Notes: generated from the sequence alone by a model not told the origin. A stretch of DNA of 33,857 bases from Pseudomonadota bacterium (GCA_036019135.1 JAYXXU010000114.1:1-33857), one strand, 5' to 3'. Shown: positions 18,808 through 27,634, counted from the first letter of the stretch. Translations and numbers: made by a program.

Positions 18808-20370
18808 ATGACTAAAACTTGGCTGGATTGGTCTGATATGAACGATTGGATTGGCTATCAATGGATTGCACAGACTTACCAGTTGCAGCCTGTGCAAGCG
18901 TTTCGAGTGCGCAGTCAGATCGGCACACAACGCAAAAGCGTGACCCAGCATGCTGAGCGGCTGGAAACCTTCACGCCGAATGTGCGGCCGCAATCCAATC
19001 TAACTGCGCATCTTACGTTTGCACTCAAACACGAAGGCGTGCATTTAGAATTTTTAGCCCGCTTATTTGCGGCGCTGCCGATCAGCGTGATTGAAGAGTG
19101 GATACGTAATGAACCCACCGGCCAGTATGCGCGACGAGTTGGTTTTTTGTATGAGTGGTTGATGCATACCCCACTCAACGTGCCTGATGTGTCAGGTGGT
19201 GGCTACGTCGACCTGCTCAATCCAGATGACTATATGGTCGCCACAACACCGACTAAAAGTAGTCGCTGGCGGATTCGGAATAACTTACTGGGCACAGCAG
19301 ACTACTGCCCGCTGATTTATCGGACAGCTGCGGTGCAACAGGCAGTACAACTAGATATTGCAGCGGCGATTGATGCCATGCAGGTGGCGTATGGCGAAGA
19401 TATTCTGATGCGCAGCGCGGTGTGGCTGACCAATAAGGAAAGCAAAGCCAGTTTTGTAATTGAGCATGCGGGTGATCAACTTGACCGTATCAGTCGGTTT
19501 GCCGCCGTGATGGAGCTGCATTGTGGACAGGCTGAACAACCGCTCGCCATGCCCCGTCTGGTCGAGTTACAGCGCGAGATTCTCGGCGCACAGGCACTGC
19601 ACTATGGGGTGCGGCAGTCGCCAGTGTTTGTGGGTGAGGTGGTGCACTTTACGCCGGTGGTGCATTACATTGCACCGCCATGGCAACAGCTTAACAGCAT
19701 GCTGGCAGGGTTGGCGGTGTGCGAGCAGAACAGCAGAGATCAGTCCTCGGTGCTACGTGCCGCGCTATTGTCGTTTGGCTTCGTGCTGATTCATCCGATG
19801 GTAGATGGGAATGGCCGTTTGTCCCGATTTTTAATCAATGATGTGTTACGGCGTGATGGTGTCCTGCCCGCACCGCTAATTTTGCCGGTGTCGGCGACAA
19901 TCACCCGCAGCACCCGACAGCGACGGCACTATGATCAAGTGCTGGAAAGTTATTCCAAGCCGATCATGCGGCATGTGGCGGGTCGTTATCGTTTTGTGGG
20001 AATGCAAACGTTTGCGGATGGGGTAAAAAGTAATCTTGAGTTTGATGCTGAAAAAGAGACCTTACCGGTTTGGCGCTATCCAGATTTAACCGAACAAGTC
20101 GAGTACTTGGCGGAGGTAATTCATTTGACACTGACCGAGGAAATGCCACGAGAGGCGCAGACCATCCAGCAGTTGCGACAAACACGTCTCGCACTTAAGG
20201 CGCTGATCGAAGGTTCAGACTATACGCTGGATCGGATTATTCGGGCTGTGCGGGAACATGGTCAAATCTCTAACAAACTGCGTGAGGAATTTCCGTTACT
20301 GGATCGGCCTGTTCTGGCGGCTCAAGTGATTGAGGTGATACAGCAAGGTTTTGCGGTTAATGTGAAGTAA
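18808..20370 (+). CDS. Fic-domain protein (520 aa) with a canonical active site
   Basis: It has the Fic motif HPMVDGNGRLSR and an upstream SFVIEH that resembles the intramolecular inhibitory motif S/TxxxE(G/N). The start is uncertain (ATG at 18808 or 18838). Confidence 0.85.
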   Translation: MTKTWLDWSDMNDWIGYQWIAQTYQLQPVQAFRVRSQIGTQRKSVTQHAERLETFTPNVRPQSNLTAHLTFALKHEGVHLEFLARLFAALPISVIEEWIRNEPTGQYARRVGFLYEWLMHTPLNVPDVSGGGYVDLLNPDDYMVATTPTKSSRWRIRNNLLGTADYCPLIYRTAAVQQAVQLDIAAAIDAMQVAYGEDILMRSAVWLTNKESKASFVIEHAGDQLDRISRFAAVMELHCGQAEQPLAMPRLVELQREILGAQALHYGVRQSPVFVGEVVHFTPVVHYIAPPWQQLNSMLAGLAVCEQNSRDQSSVLRAALLSFGFVLIHPMVDGNGRLSRFLINDVLRRDGVLPAPLILPVSATITRSTRQRRHYDQVLESYSKPIMRHVAGRYRFVGMQTFADGVKSNLEFDAEKETLPVWRYPDLTEQVEYLAEVIHLTLTEEMPREAQTIQQLRQTRLALKALIEGSDYTLDRIIRAVREHGQISNKLREEFPLLDRPVLAAQVIEVIQQGFAVNVK

Positions 20371-20396
20371 TCTCACGCAAAACAGACGAAGGTCAC

Positions 20397-20972
20397 TCAC
20401 ACCTGCACCCTTACCCGCATAATGGTTTGCCGACTGGTCTTAAACGCTCGTGCCAGTGCTGACACGCTCTCTCCTGCGGTTAATCGTGCGTTGACCTCGG
20501 TCTGCTGTTCTTCGCTCAGTGACGGTGGCCGCCCAAAACGCTTACCGGCTTGTCGTGCCCGCTCTAGCCCTGCTTGGGTACGCTCAATTAGCAAATCCCG
20601 CTCAAACTCTGCGACTGCCGCAATCACCTGCATGGTCATCTTACCTGCCGGACTGGTCAGATCGACACCGCCCAAGGCCAAGCAGTGAACGCGCACGCCG
20701 AGTTTATCCAGTTGCTCCACGGTTGCACGTACATCCATCGCATTACGGCCGAGGCGATCCAGTTTAGTCACCACCAACACATCATCGGGTTCAAGTCGGT
20801 CGATCAGCTTACAAAACCCGATACGCTGCTTGGTCGCGACTGATCCACTGACTCGCTCCTCAATGATTCGACGCGGATGAATCGCAAATCCAGCATTCTG
20901 GATTTCGATCACTTGGTTTTGTGTGTCTTGATCAGCGGTTGAGACCCGACAGTAGGCAAATACACGAGACAT
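20397..20972 (-). CDS. Serine recombinase (resolvase/invertase family), second paralogue
   Basis: I prefer the start [20 protein letters not shown] at 20972. The C-terminal HTH is [18 protein letters not shown]. Confidence 0.88.
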   Translation of the reverse strand: MSRVFAYCRVSTADQDTQNQVIEIQNAGFAIHPRRIIEERVSGSVATKQRIGFCKLIDRLEPDDVLVVTKLDRLGRNAMDVRATVEQLDKLGVRVHCLALGGVDLTSPAGKMTMQVIAAVAEFERDLLIERTQAGLERARQAGKRFGRPPSLSEEQQTEVNARLTAGESVSALARAFKTSRQTIMRVRVQV

Positions 20973-21144
20973 GCTGGTTTTTTCGTCCAAAAAGGCTGTA
21001 CGAATGATAATAGATGTTCAAAACAAATCTAGCTATTTTCCGTACACCCCGTGTAAGCCTGTCCGAAAACGGACGGTTGGGGACACCGACAACAAGCTAG
21101 TCAAACCATACGCTGCATAAAAAATATTGGCGTTTTTTGATTTT

Positions 21145-21178
21145 GTATAAAAAATCTGTGTACAGTATAAAAAATCTG
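21145..21178 (+). repeat. Two 14-bp direct repeats (GTATAAAAAATCTG), 20 bp start to start
   Basis: The repeats lie at 21145-21158 and 21165-21178, in the 265-bp gap between the recombinase start and the hipA stop. The same gap contains a near-palindrome, CTGTCCGAAAACGGACGG. Confidence 0.5.
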
Positions 21179-21237
21179 GGACGACCCCTATGTTGAGCTG
21201 ATCAGCAATGATTAAAGAACGCTTGCTAAGCTAACCT

Positions 21238-22533
21238 TTAGCCACGGTACAGCACAGCATTTTCCGTCGCCACTCGATTCAGTGTCTGTTGGATGGTTTT
21301 CACTGTTGCCTGAGAGACGCCAACTGGTGCAGCAACCGTTTGCCATTGCTGAACCGCTTCAACGACCTCAGCAATCACCTGCTGCGCTTGTGGCCAACTT
21401 AAGTTGGCATGGGCAGCCAGTTTTTGAATGGTCTTAAGCGGTGGTTTTTGGCCAAAGCCCGCAAAAGCCGTCATATGCTCACCGTGCGGTAACGGACTGA
21501 AGGTTATGTCATAATGCGGTGCAAGCGACCACTGCCCCTGATCGTCGCACAAAAATGCCCAGTTTTTACTGTGGTCATCCTGATTACAAGCAAACAAATT
21601 AAACATCGCTCGTCGAAAAATCTGCGCGCCAACCGCAGGCTGTCGGCACAGCAAGCTACCCGCCTTGATTAGGTCTTCATAGTCGAGCGATGGTTGCCGA
21701 AAATCTGCATCCAACAAAGCACAGGCGCTTTGCATGTGAATACGGCCACCGCTTGCCGTTCGATCAAAGCGTTTAAGCATCAACCATGTTTGGTTGGTTT
21801 GACCAGTCTGTGACGAACTTGCAGCATCAATCAACTCCCAGACGGGCACATCAATCCCTGCATGTGCTGCCATTTTTAGATAAGCAGCTTCACAGCGACC
21901 TTCTTCGTGACCCAGTGGCAATTGTGCAGCGGTAAATTTAACCAGCCATGGCTGCCAATCGGGATGTGCTTGGGTGCTGATTAAATCAAGTTGTGTGGGA
22001 CACCGATAAATGAGTGCCTTGGGGCGTGCTCCGCCTGAACTGCCCGCTGCCGCCAACTGTCCTAGAATCTGATCGGATTGACCAGCAAACACTGCCTGAG
22101 CCGACTGCCCTAGTGCAAACAAATCCAAATGCTGCTGTGTATCAAGTGTCATATCCAACAAGTGTGGTTCAAAGCTCAGCGCACCCATCGCGCGATCATG
22201 GATATAGGCCAGACGATCCATGGCCGTCAGGTGCTGGGGCAAAACACCCGACTGACGAAACACCCGATCCATCAGCAGCATGCCCCAGCCATCTGGCAGT
22301 GCATCGGCAAACAATCCGTGTAAGCCGTGATGTGGGCGCTTGGGTGCAAGCTGTACACTGGCGTCAAAATTCAGCGTGAACGGCGCAAGCGATTGTTGCG
22401 TCGCTAAATAATCTGCGTCGTACTGAAAATACACCCCTTGATGGTTTTGTGCTAACACACCTACCACCTGCCGTACAGCGGCTGCGTTGGTGCGATAGAC
22501 CACCAAACGCGAGACGGGTGTAAACGTTTTCAT
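21238..22533 (-). CDS. hipA: HipA-family serine/threonine kinase toxin
   Basis: The motifs LPDGWG, SSGGARPKAL and QDDHSKNWAF are present in a 431-aa protein. It overlaps the upstream HTH gene by 4 nt. Confidence 0.88.
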   Translation of the reverse strand: MKTFTPVSRLVVYRTNAAAVRQVVGVLAQNHQGVYFQYDADYLATQQSLAPFTLNFDASVQLAPKRPHHGLHGLFADALPDGWGMLLMDRVFRQSGVLPQHLTAMDRLAYIHDRAMGALSFEPHLLDMTLDTQQHLDLFALGQSAQAVFAGQSDQILGQLAAAGSSGGARPKALIYRCPTQLDLISTQAHPDWQPWLVKFTAAQLPLGHEEGRCEAAYLKMAAHAGIDVPVWELIDAASSSQTGQTNQTWLMLKRFDRTASGGRIHMQSACALLDADFRQPSLDYEDLIKAGSLLCRQPAVGAQIFRRAMFNLFACNQDDHSKNWAFLCDDQGQWSLAPHYDITFSPLPHGEHMTAFAGFGQKPPLKTIQKLAAHANLSWPQAQQVIAEVVEAVQQWQTVAAPVGVSQATVKTIQQTLNRVATENAVLYRG

Positions 22534-22829
22534 CGTTTCAGCACCTCATCAATACTAAGCGGTGCAATCTCAACGGGCTGGCACAACTGATCGATACGCG
22601 CCAAGTCGTCAACACACTGCCATAACAATAAAAACTGTCCCAAGCTGATTTGCCCAGTCGTCTCAAACTTTTTAATGGTCGATGCAGGCACTAGGCTGCG
22701 CTCGGCGAGGGTTTGCCTTGACCATCGTAATACCCTACGCCGCTGGCGGACGGCTTCAGCAAGGTGTATTTGCACATCGTGTGCAGAGTATAAACTGAGC
22801 TTCATGGCTGTATCGCTAGCATGCATCAA
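22530..22829 (-). CDS. hipB: HipB-like HTH antitoxin
   Basis: It has an HTH (WSRQTLAERSLVPASTIKKFE) and sits immediately upstream of hipA, overlapping it. The start may be the MKLSLYS Met at 22803. Confidence 0.7.
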   Translation of the reverse strand: MMHASDTAMKLSLYSAHDVQIHLAEAVRQRRRVLRWSRQTLAERSLVPASTIKKFETTGQISLGQFLLLWQCVDDLARIDQLCQPVEIAPLSIDEVLKR

Positions 22830-22910
22830 TAGATATTATTATACCTATAAATTGCTTTATAAGCAGATAATAGACACTACTGTGTCTTTTAAATCTCAGC
22901 TTAGTGTGGC

Positions 22911-22982
22911 TTGCTAATCGCGTTCGAGATCATGGGTAGCGAGGTACATGATGCCAAGGCTGCACCTGATTTGATCAAACAA
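22911..22982 (+). pseudogene. Short internal remnant of an IS5-family transposase
   Basis: LIAFEIMGSEVHDAKAAPDLIKQ fits the xxFxLTxGxxHDxxxAxxLI block that I recall from IS5-family transposases. There is no start codon and the similarity ends after about 24 codons. Confidence 0.4.
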
Positions 22983-23008
22983 CCACACTTTCAGCTCATG
23001 CATCATGA

Positions 23009-23245
23009 TCAAACATCCGTTGCTGTCAGGTCGGTTGCATCACTGATCTGCAACGCTAAACCTAACCCTGCCAACACTTGCAGCACTTTATCCAATCGCA
23101 CGGTGGGCTTACCTGCTTCAAGGTCAACAATAAACCGAATGCCAACACCAACGGCCAGCGCCAACTGTGGCTGAGTTAAGCCTAGTTGTTGGCGGGTTTG
23201 TCGTACTCGTTGACCAATCTGTGCAGTAGAGTGAATTTCAGACAT
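23009..23245 (-). CDS. Y4mF/XRE-type HTH antitoxin-like regulator with no toxin partner
   Basis: MSEIHSTAQIGQRVRQTRQQLGLTQPQLALAVGVGIRFIVDLEAGKPTVRLDKVLQVLAGLGLAL shows the pattern of y4mF-family antitoxins, which normally precede HipA-like kinases. Confidence 0.7.
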   Translation of the reverse strand: MSEIHSTAQIGQRVRQTRQQLGLTQPQLALAVGVGIRFIVDLEAGKPTVRLDKVLQVLAGLGLALQISDATDLTATDV

Positions 23246-23264
23246 CGGCAGGGCATCCCTGACA

Positions 23265-23328
23265 TCCCGAACGGGAAATATGATCTGTATATAAACCAGT
23301 ATAATGCAAAATTTCCCGAACGGGAAAT
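23265..23328. promoter_or_regulatory. Two copies of a palindromic operator-like site, (AT)TTCCCGAACGGGAAAT, upstream of the orphan HTH gene
   Basis: The full site at 23311-23328 is ATTTCCCG-AA-CGGGAAAT, with perfect 8-bp arms. A shorter copy, TCCCGAACGGGAAAT, lies at 23265-23279. AT-rich promoter-like sequence (TATAAT/TATATA) lies between them. Confidence 0.5.
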
Positions 23329-23615
23329 AAAATAAATCACAGCTTGGTGTCATTTACGAATAGGCTCACCAAATGAGCCGAATAACTCGCATAATCGGCT
23401 CAAGACACTGGATCGCTGTTGGAGAGTTGAACTCTATTAATGAGACAGTGTTGACTTGTTGCTTGGGAACCAAGAGCAATGCTTGAGCCACAACTCGGTA
23501 GGTATCAGAAAAGCAGGCTCGCCCCACATCAAGAATGTCGTATTTTTGCTGGACAGTTTGTCGTATTTTTGCAAGAATAAATCTTGACTTTTTAGTGTCC
23601 TAAAGGACTCTTCAG

Positions 23616-24011
23616 ATGACCATTAAACGCCGGATTCAAACACGTCTACAACGCTCGAAGCGGTACGTGTTTACCCGTGATGACTTCAGTGATTTGGCCG
23701 GATACGATCAAGTCGGACGTGTGTTGCGTGAATTGGTGAAAGACGGTGCACTGCTCAAGATTGGCTATGGTCTGTATACCAAAGCCAAGCGCAACAGCAT
23801 TACAGGCAGTCTGATGCCCGCCTGTCCCGCTGGATCAGATGCCGTAATATTAGAAGCACTCGACCGTCTTAAAATTGACTATCTGTTGGATGACAGCACC
23901 ACCCGTTACCTCAGTGGACAATCCACCCAGATCCCAGCCTTCACTAAACTGCATGTCTCTGGACGGTTTAGCAGACGTCTAGCAGTCGGTAGTAGTCAAT
24001 TGAATGCATAA
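23616..24011 (+). CDS. AbiEi-like antitoxin, copy 2 (intact)
   Basis: It differs from copy 1 at 2 of 131 residues. Confidence 0.7.
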   Translation: MTIKRRIQTRLQRSKRYVFTRDDFSDLAGYDQVGRVLRELVKDGALLKIGYGLYTKAKRNSITGSLMPACPAGSDAVILEALDRLKIDYLLDDSTTRYLSGQSTQIPAFTKLHVSGRFSRRLAVGSSQLNA

Positions 24012-24996
24012 ACTCACAGAACGTTTTGCTGAAGTCGCCGATGCTCTCGGTATTGGTGCAACCTCAATTGTCGAAAAAGACTATTACGTGGTCGAGCTAC
24101 TGGCGTTATTGCACCCTTTACGCTTTGACTCATATCAACTGGTCTTCGCCGGTGGAACTGCACTGGCAAAAGCGGGAATCCGCTTAAACCGAATGTAGGA
24201 AGATGTGGATATTAAGCTGGTTCCAAACCCTATTTTTTTGGCAAAAAGTAGAACTCAGCGCAAAAACATCAGACGTCAGGTGGTACAAGCAATTCAACAC
24301 GCGATTGAGCAGTCAGTATTGTTTTCCTTCGATCCTGCCGAACCACACACCTACCTCGATGAATATCGCTATGCGGAAATACCCATTCGCTACCCACAAG
24401 CTTTTGCCCAAAGCCCTTGCCTTCGACCCTTTATCAAGCTGGAACTCATTGAGTCCGCACTAATAGAACCCGCCGAGCCACGTTCAGCTTCATCACTGAT
24501 ATTTGATCTGACTCAATCTGGCACACAACTGACTGACTTTCCAGCCGTTACCGTGCGTAGTACATTGGTTGAAAAAATTGTCTCCATGCTACGGCGAACC
24601 GCAGCAGTGGCCAGAAACAGCGAACGCTCGGATGATCCAGCACTGGTTCGTCATGTCTATGATCACTTCAGAATTACGCAAGCTTTTGATTTCGAGCACA
24701 CAGCATTAATCCCACTGCTGCAAAACGTTATTGCCGCAGATGTGCAGCGATTTGGCGGGCAACACCCTCAAATGCGGGAAACGCCACTAGATGAGCTCCG
24801 CTTTGGACTAGAGCAACTCACCAGCAACCCCATCCATCAAGAACGCTATCATCACTTCGTAACACCGATGGTGTTTGGTCAAGCCACCGTGACATGGCAA
24901 GATGCCTATGAATGCTTTCAGAAATCAGTGACGTCACTGCTCGATTCAGTTGAACAGAGTGACCAGATCTTGAATGGCTCAAAGTTGTTCAATTAA
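24004..24996 (+). pseudogene. AbiEii-family nucleotidyltransferase toxin, copy 2, interrupted by one in-frame TAG
   Basis: The TCG (Ser) at 6521-6523 in copy 1 corresponds to TAG at 24196-24198 here, a C-to-A change at 24197 within the RMSEDVD motif. The frame is otherwise intact and continues through 24205-24996 in the same phase. Confidence 0.8.
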
Positions 24997-25014
24997 TCAA
25001 TAAATAGCGACTTA

Positions 25015-25611
25015 CTAACCAACCAAAGTCAGCCCAAACAACCGCTCCAACTGTGCAAACGCCAGCTGCCGCTCACGCGCCTGTCCTAAGCGAACACAAT
25101 CGACCAAGGCCAGTAGATCATACAGCGCAGCGTCATGCTTGACCGCCACTGCCACACTCGCAAACAACGGTACAATCGCCTGCCCCTTGGCAGACCCTCG
25201 TGCATCTGGCCAGACGGGAATCAACTCGCCCGCACTCATCAACTGCTGCTGTAGCACAGGCTCAGCAAACCCTATTGGAATCCCCCGTGTGACCTCGCCT
25301 GGTCGCACAGGAAACAAATAGCGCACTGACGAACGCAGAATGTCCAGCAATGCCGACCGATTGACACGCGGCACATGCCACTGCCGATCTAGCCTGACTA
25401 ACCCAATCTCCAGCAAATGATTGAGCAACAGGCTGACCTGACTTTTACTAATTCCTGTCTGCTCTGCCAAACGCCGAACACTGTATTGCTGAATATCCAC
25501 GTGCTCACTTTTACGCTCAGCATTTTCGATACAGACCAGCTTGAGCAACAACCCAACTGCTTGACTCTTCAACATCACAACACCCGTCCATTGTCCTAGG
25601 ACTTGGGACAA
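25015..25611 (-). CDS. Hypothetical protein with a winged-helix-like N-terminal segment
   Basis: It contains SVRRLAEQTGISKSQVSLLLNHLLEIGLVRL. The start is uncertain (TTG at 25611 or ATG at 25575). I recognise no family. Confidence 0.4.
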   Translation of the reverse strand: MSQVLGQWTGVVMLKSQAVGLLLKLVCIENAERKSEHVDIQQYSVRRLAEQTGISKSQVSLLLNHLLEIGLVRLDRQWHVPRVNRSALLDILRSSVRYLFPVRPGEVTRGIPIGFAEPVLQQQLMSAGELIPVWPDARGSAKGQAIVPLFASVAVAVKHDAALYDLLALVDCVRLGQARERQLAFAQLERLFGLTLVG

Positions 25612-25663
25612 GAGCTAATATAATAACGGGGGTGCTACAACTACGCCCAGCTTTTTAGTGTAG

Positions 25664-25888
25664 GCATTAGCGCCGCTTACAAGCAGATGCAGGTATCTGC
25701 GAGTACAGTTGCATGACTCAAGCAGCAAGGGTTGTTTTTTGCTTGAGTGGATATTGCAGATGATGTTCAAGCTGGAGCAATGTGCCCAGCAGAATTGGCT
25801 AAATTTACGTGGCTTTGATGATCTGAAAAAAGTCGTCACAGGCGTCAAATTTAAAGATGGAGTCGAGGGCAACCAGAATGCCGCTTAA
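25664..25888 (+). pseudogene. C-terminal remnant of an IS256 (Mutator)-family transposase
   Basis: The frame ...SKGCFLLEWILQMMFKLEQCAQQNWLNLRGFDDLKKVVTGVKFKDGVEGNQNAA* fits the pattern I recall from memory for the IS256-family C-terminus, TKGC...MVFKL...W+RL+G...L..V..GV.F.DG. Everything upstream of this frame is missing. Confidence 0.5.
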
Positions 25889-26104
25889 TGTCCCTGAACA
25901 CCAGATTTGACAATAGCTCAAAAGCAACACGATTCTAAGCATGCAATTTTTTCAAAAAAATTTAGCTAGTTTGAATCCATTTATGCAAATTGCGCGTATA
26001 CATATAGACGACTAATTCAATTTATACCGATTAGGTCGGGATAGATCAGTCGCAAAACGCAACTTGGATATGCTCTTTGCATCGATCAAAAATGGAGTTA
26101 CCCC

Positions 26105-27610
26105 ATGAACCGTCTCACTACACTATCTGCCGCCATGCTAATGGCGATGACTACCATGACAGTACAAGCTTCTAGCCATCGTGAAGCACCCAGTATCACA
26201 AAGAGCCCAAAGGTGGACGCGACTGATTTTTACATGTTTAAGAGCTATGAATCAGGACGAAGCGGATTTGTGACGCTAATCGCCAATTACCAACCTCTGC
26301 AAGATGCATATGGTGGACCCAATTATTTTTCGATGGATCCTAACGCACTCTACGAGATTCACATCGATAACAACGGCGATGCTAAAGAAGACATCACCTT
26401 TCAATTCCGCTTTACGCAAATGCTAAACGACTTGAAAGTTCCTGTAGGTGGGCAAATGGTATCTGTCCCACTATCAAATATTGGAGCGATTACTAACAAT
26501 AGCAATACCGCGCAAAACACCGCTGAACGCTACAGCGTCACCATGGTTAAGGGAGATCGCCGTGCTGGTAACCGCAGTAAATTAGGTACATTTGACAAAC
26601 CATTTGATAATGTTGGTAATAAGTCGATCCCCAATTACGCTAGCTATGCCAACAGTTTTATTAAGACCGTCAACTTTCCAAGCTGTGGCGCAGGAAAAGT
26701 ATTCGTTGGACAGCGTAAAGATTCTTTTGCCGTCAACCTCGGTGAAATTTTTGACCTAGTCAATATCACAGCACCCGCAACTGCTTTTGATGCAAACGCT
26801 GAAGACAAGGGGCTGAATACACTGGCTGACAAAAACGTTACTACTATTGCAATGGAAGTGCCGATTGCCTGTCTAACTGCGGGCAATGATCCCGTAATCG
26901 GTGCATGGACAACAGCTAGTTTGCGTCAAGGTCGCTTACTCAATCCCAGCCCTGAAAGCAACCTCACGACTGCTGCCAAAGAGGGTGGTGCATGGACACA
27001 AGTATCACGTTTAGGTATGCCACTGGTCAATGAAGTGGTGATCGGCCTTAAAGACAAAGATAAATTTAATGCAAGCAAACCTCAAAGTGACAGCCAATTT
27101 GCGACGTATGTAACGAACCCAACGTTGCCAACATTGCTTGAAGTATTGTTTAAAGAGGCAACAAATGGCGCTGTAGTTGCACCAACCAATTTCCCACGCA
27201 ATGACTTGGTCGGTACATTTCTGACTGGTATTAAAGGCTTGAACCAGCCAGCACGCCCAGTCGCATCAGAGATGCTACGCCTCAATACAGCAATTCCTGC
27301 CACAACAAAGGCTAATCAACAACGAATGGGTGTACTCGCTGGTGACTTTGCTGGATTCCCAAATGGCCGTCGTCCAGGTGATGATGTGGTTGATGCTGCT
27401 TTGCGGGTATCGATGGGCTTACTCTGTCATGTTGATGCAATTGGACCCATTGCGGATTTAAATGGTGATTTGAGCTGTCAGCCAACTGATGCCAAGGCTG
27501 GTACGATTTCGTTCACTGATGGTGCGCTGCAAAGCCCAGCTCAATTTGGTGATCGTTTCCCGTACTTGAACACCCCTATCGCTGGCTCACCAAATGTTGC
27601 CAGCCGTTAA
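26105..27610 (+). CDS. Secreted DUF4331-domain protein
   Basis: It has a signal peptide ending TVQA followed by SSHREAPSITKSPKVDATDFYMF. It also shows NYQPLQDAYGGPNYF, YEIHIDNNGDAKEDITFQFRF, LGMPLVNEVVIGLKDKDKFN and GFPNGRRPGDDVVDAAL, the conserved blocks I associate with DUF4331 (PF14224). A GGAG ribosome-binding site precedes the ATG. Confidence 0.85.
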   Translation: MNRLTTLSAAMLMAMTTMTVQASSHREAPSITKSPKVDATDFYMFKSYESGRSGFVTLIANYQPLQDAYGGPNYFSMDPNALYEIHIDNNGDAKEDITFQFRFTQMLNDLKVPVGGQMVSVPLSNIGAITNNSNTAQNTAERYSVTMVKGDRRAGNRSKLGTFDKPFDNVGNKSIPNYASYANSFIKTVNFPSCGAGKVFVGQRKDSFAVNLGEIFDLVNITAPATAFDANAEDKGLNTLADKNVTTIAMEVPIACLTAGNDPVIGAWTTASLRQGRLLNPSPESNLTTAAKEGGAWTQVSRLGMPLVNEVVIGLKDKDKFNASKPQSDSQFATYVTNPTLPTLLEVLFKEATNGAVVAPTNFPRNDLVGTFLTGIKGLNQPARPVASEMLRLNTAIPATTKANQQRMGVLAGDFAGFPNGRRPGDDVVDAALRVSMGLLCHVDAIGPIADLNGDLSCQPTDAKAGTISFTDGALQSPAQFGDRFPYLNTPIAGSPNVASR

Positions 27611-27634
27611 TCGGGCAGGTTAGGAGATCGAATC

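Larger units (their letters stand above)
23421..24996. repeat. Dispersed repeat B, copy 2
   Basis: See copy 1. Confidence 0.85.

Noticed and set aside
22846-22861. TATAAA-TTGC-TTTATA palindrome upstream of hipB as a HipB operator
   Set aside because: The region is very AT-rich, so short palindromes of this kind are expected by chance. It does not match the TATCC-N8-GGATA HipB operator form.
24203-24463. 86-aa out-of-frame ORF just after the abiEii nonsense codon
   Set aside because: The in-frame continuation (24205-24996) matches copy 1 residue for residue, so the +1 frame is incidental.
25615-25872. 85-aa minus-strand ORF
   Set aside because: It runs antisense to the frame that carries the IS256-type C-terminal motif, and it has no recognisable features.
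25900-26104. Search for a Fur, Zur or NikR box upstream of the DUF4331 operon
   Set aside because: I found only weak imperfect palindromes (for example CGTATACATATAGACG at 25995-26010 and GCAAATTGC). None matches a known metalloregulator consensus well enough to call.
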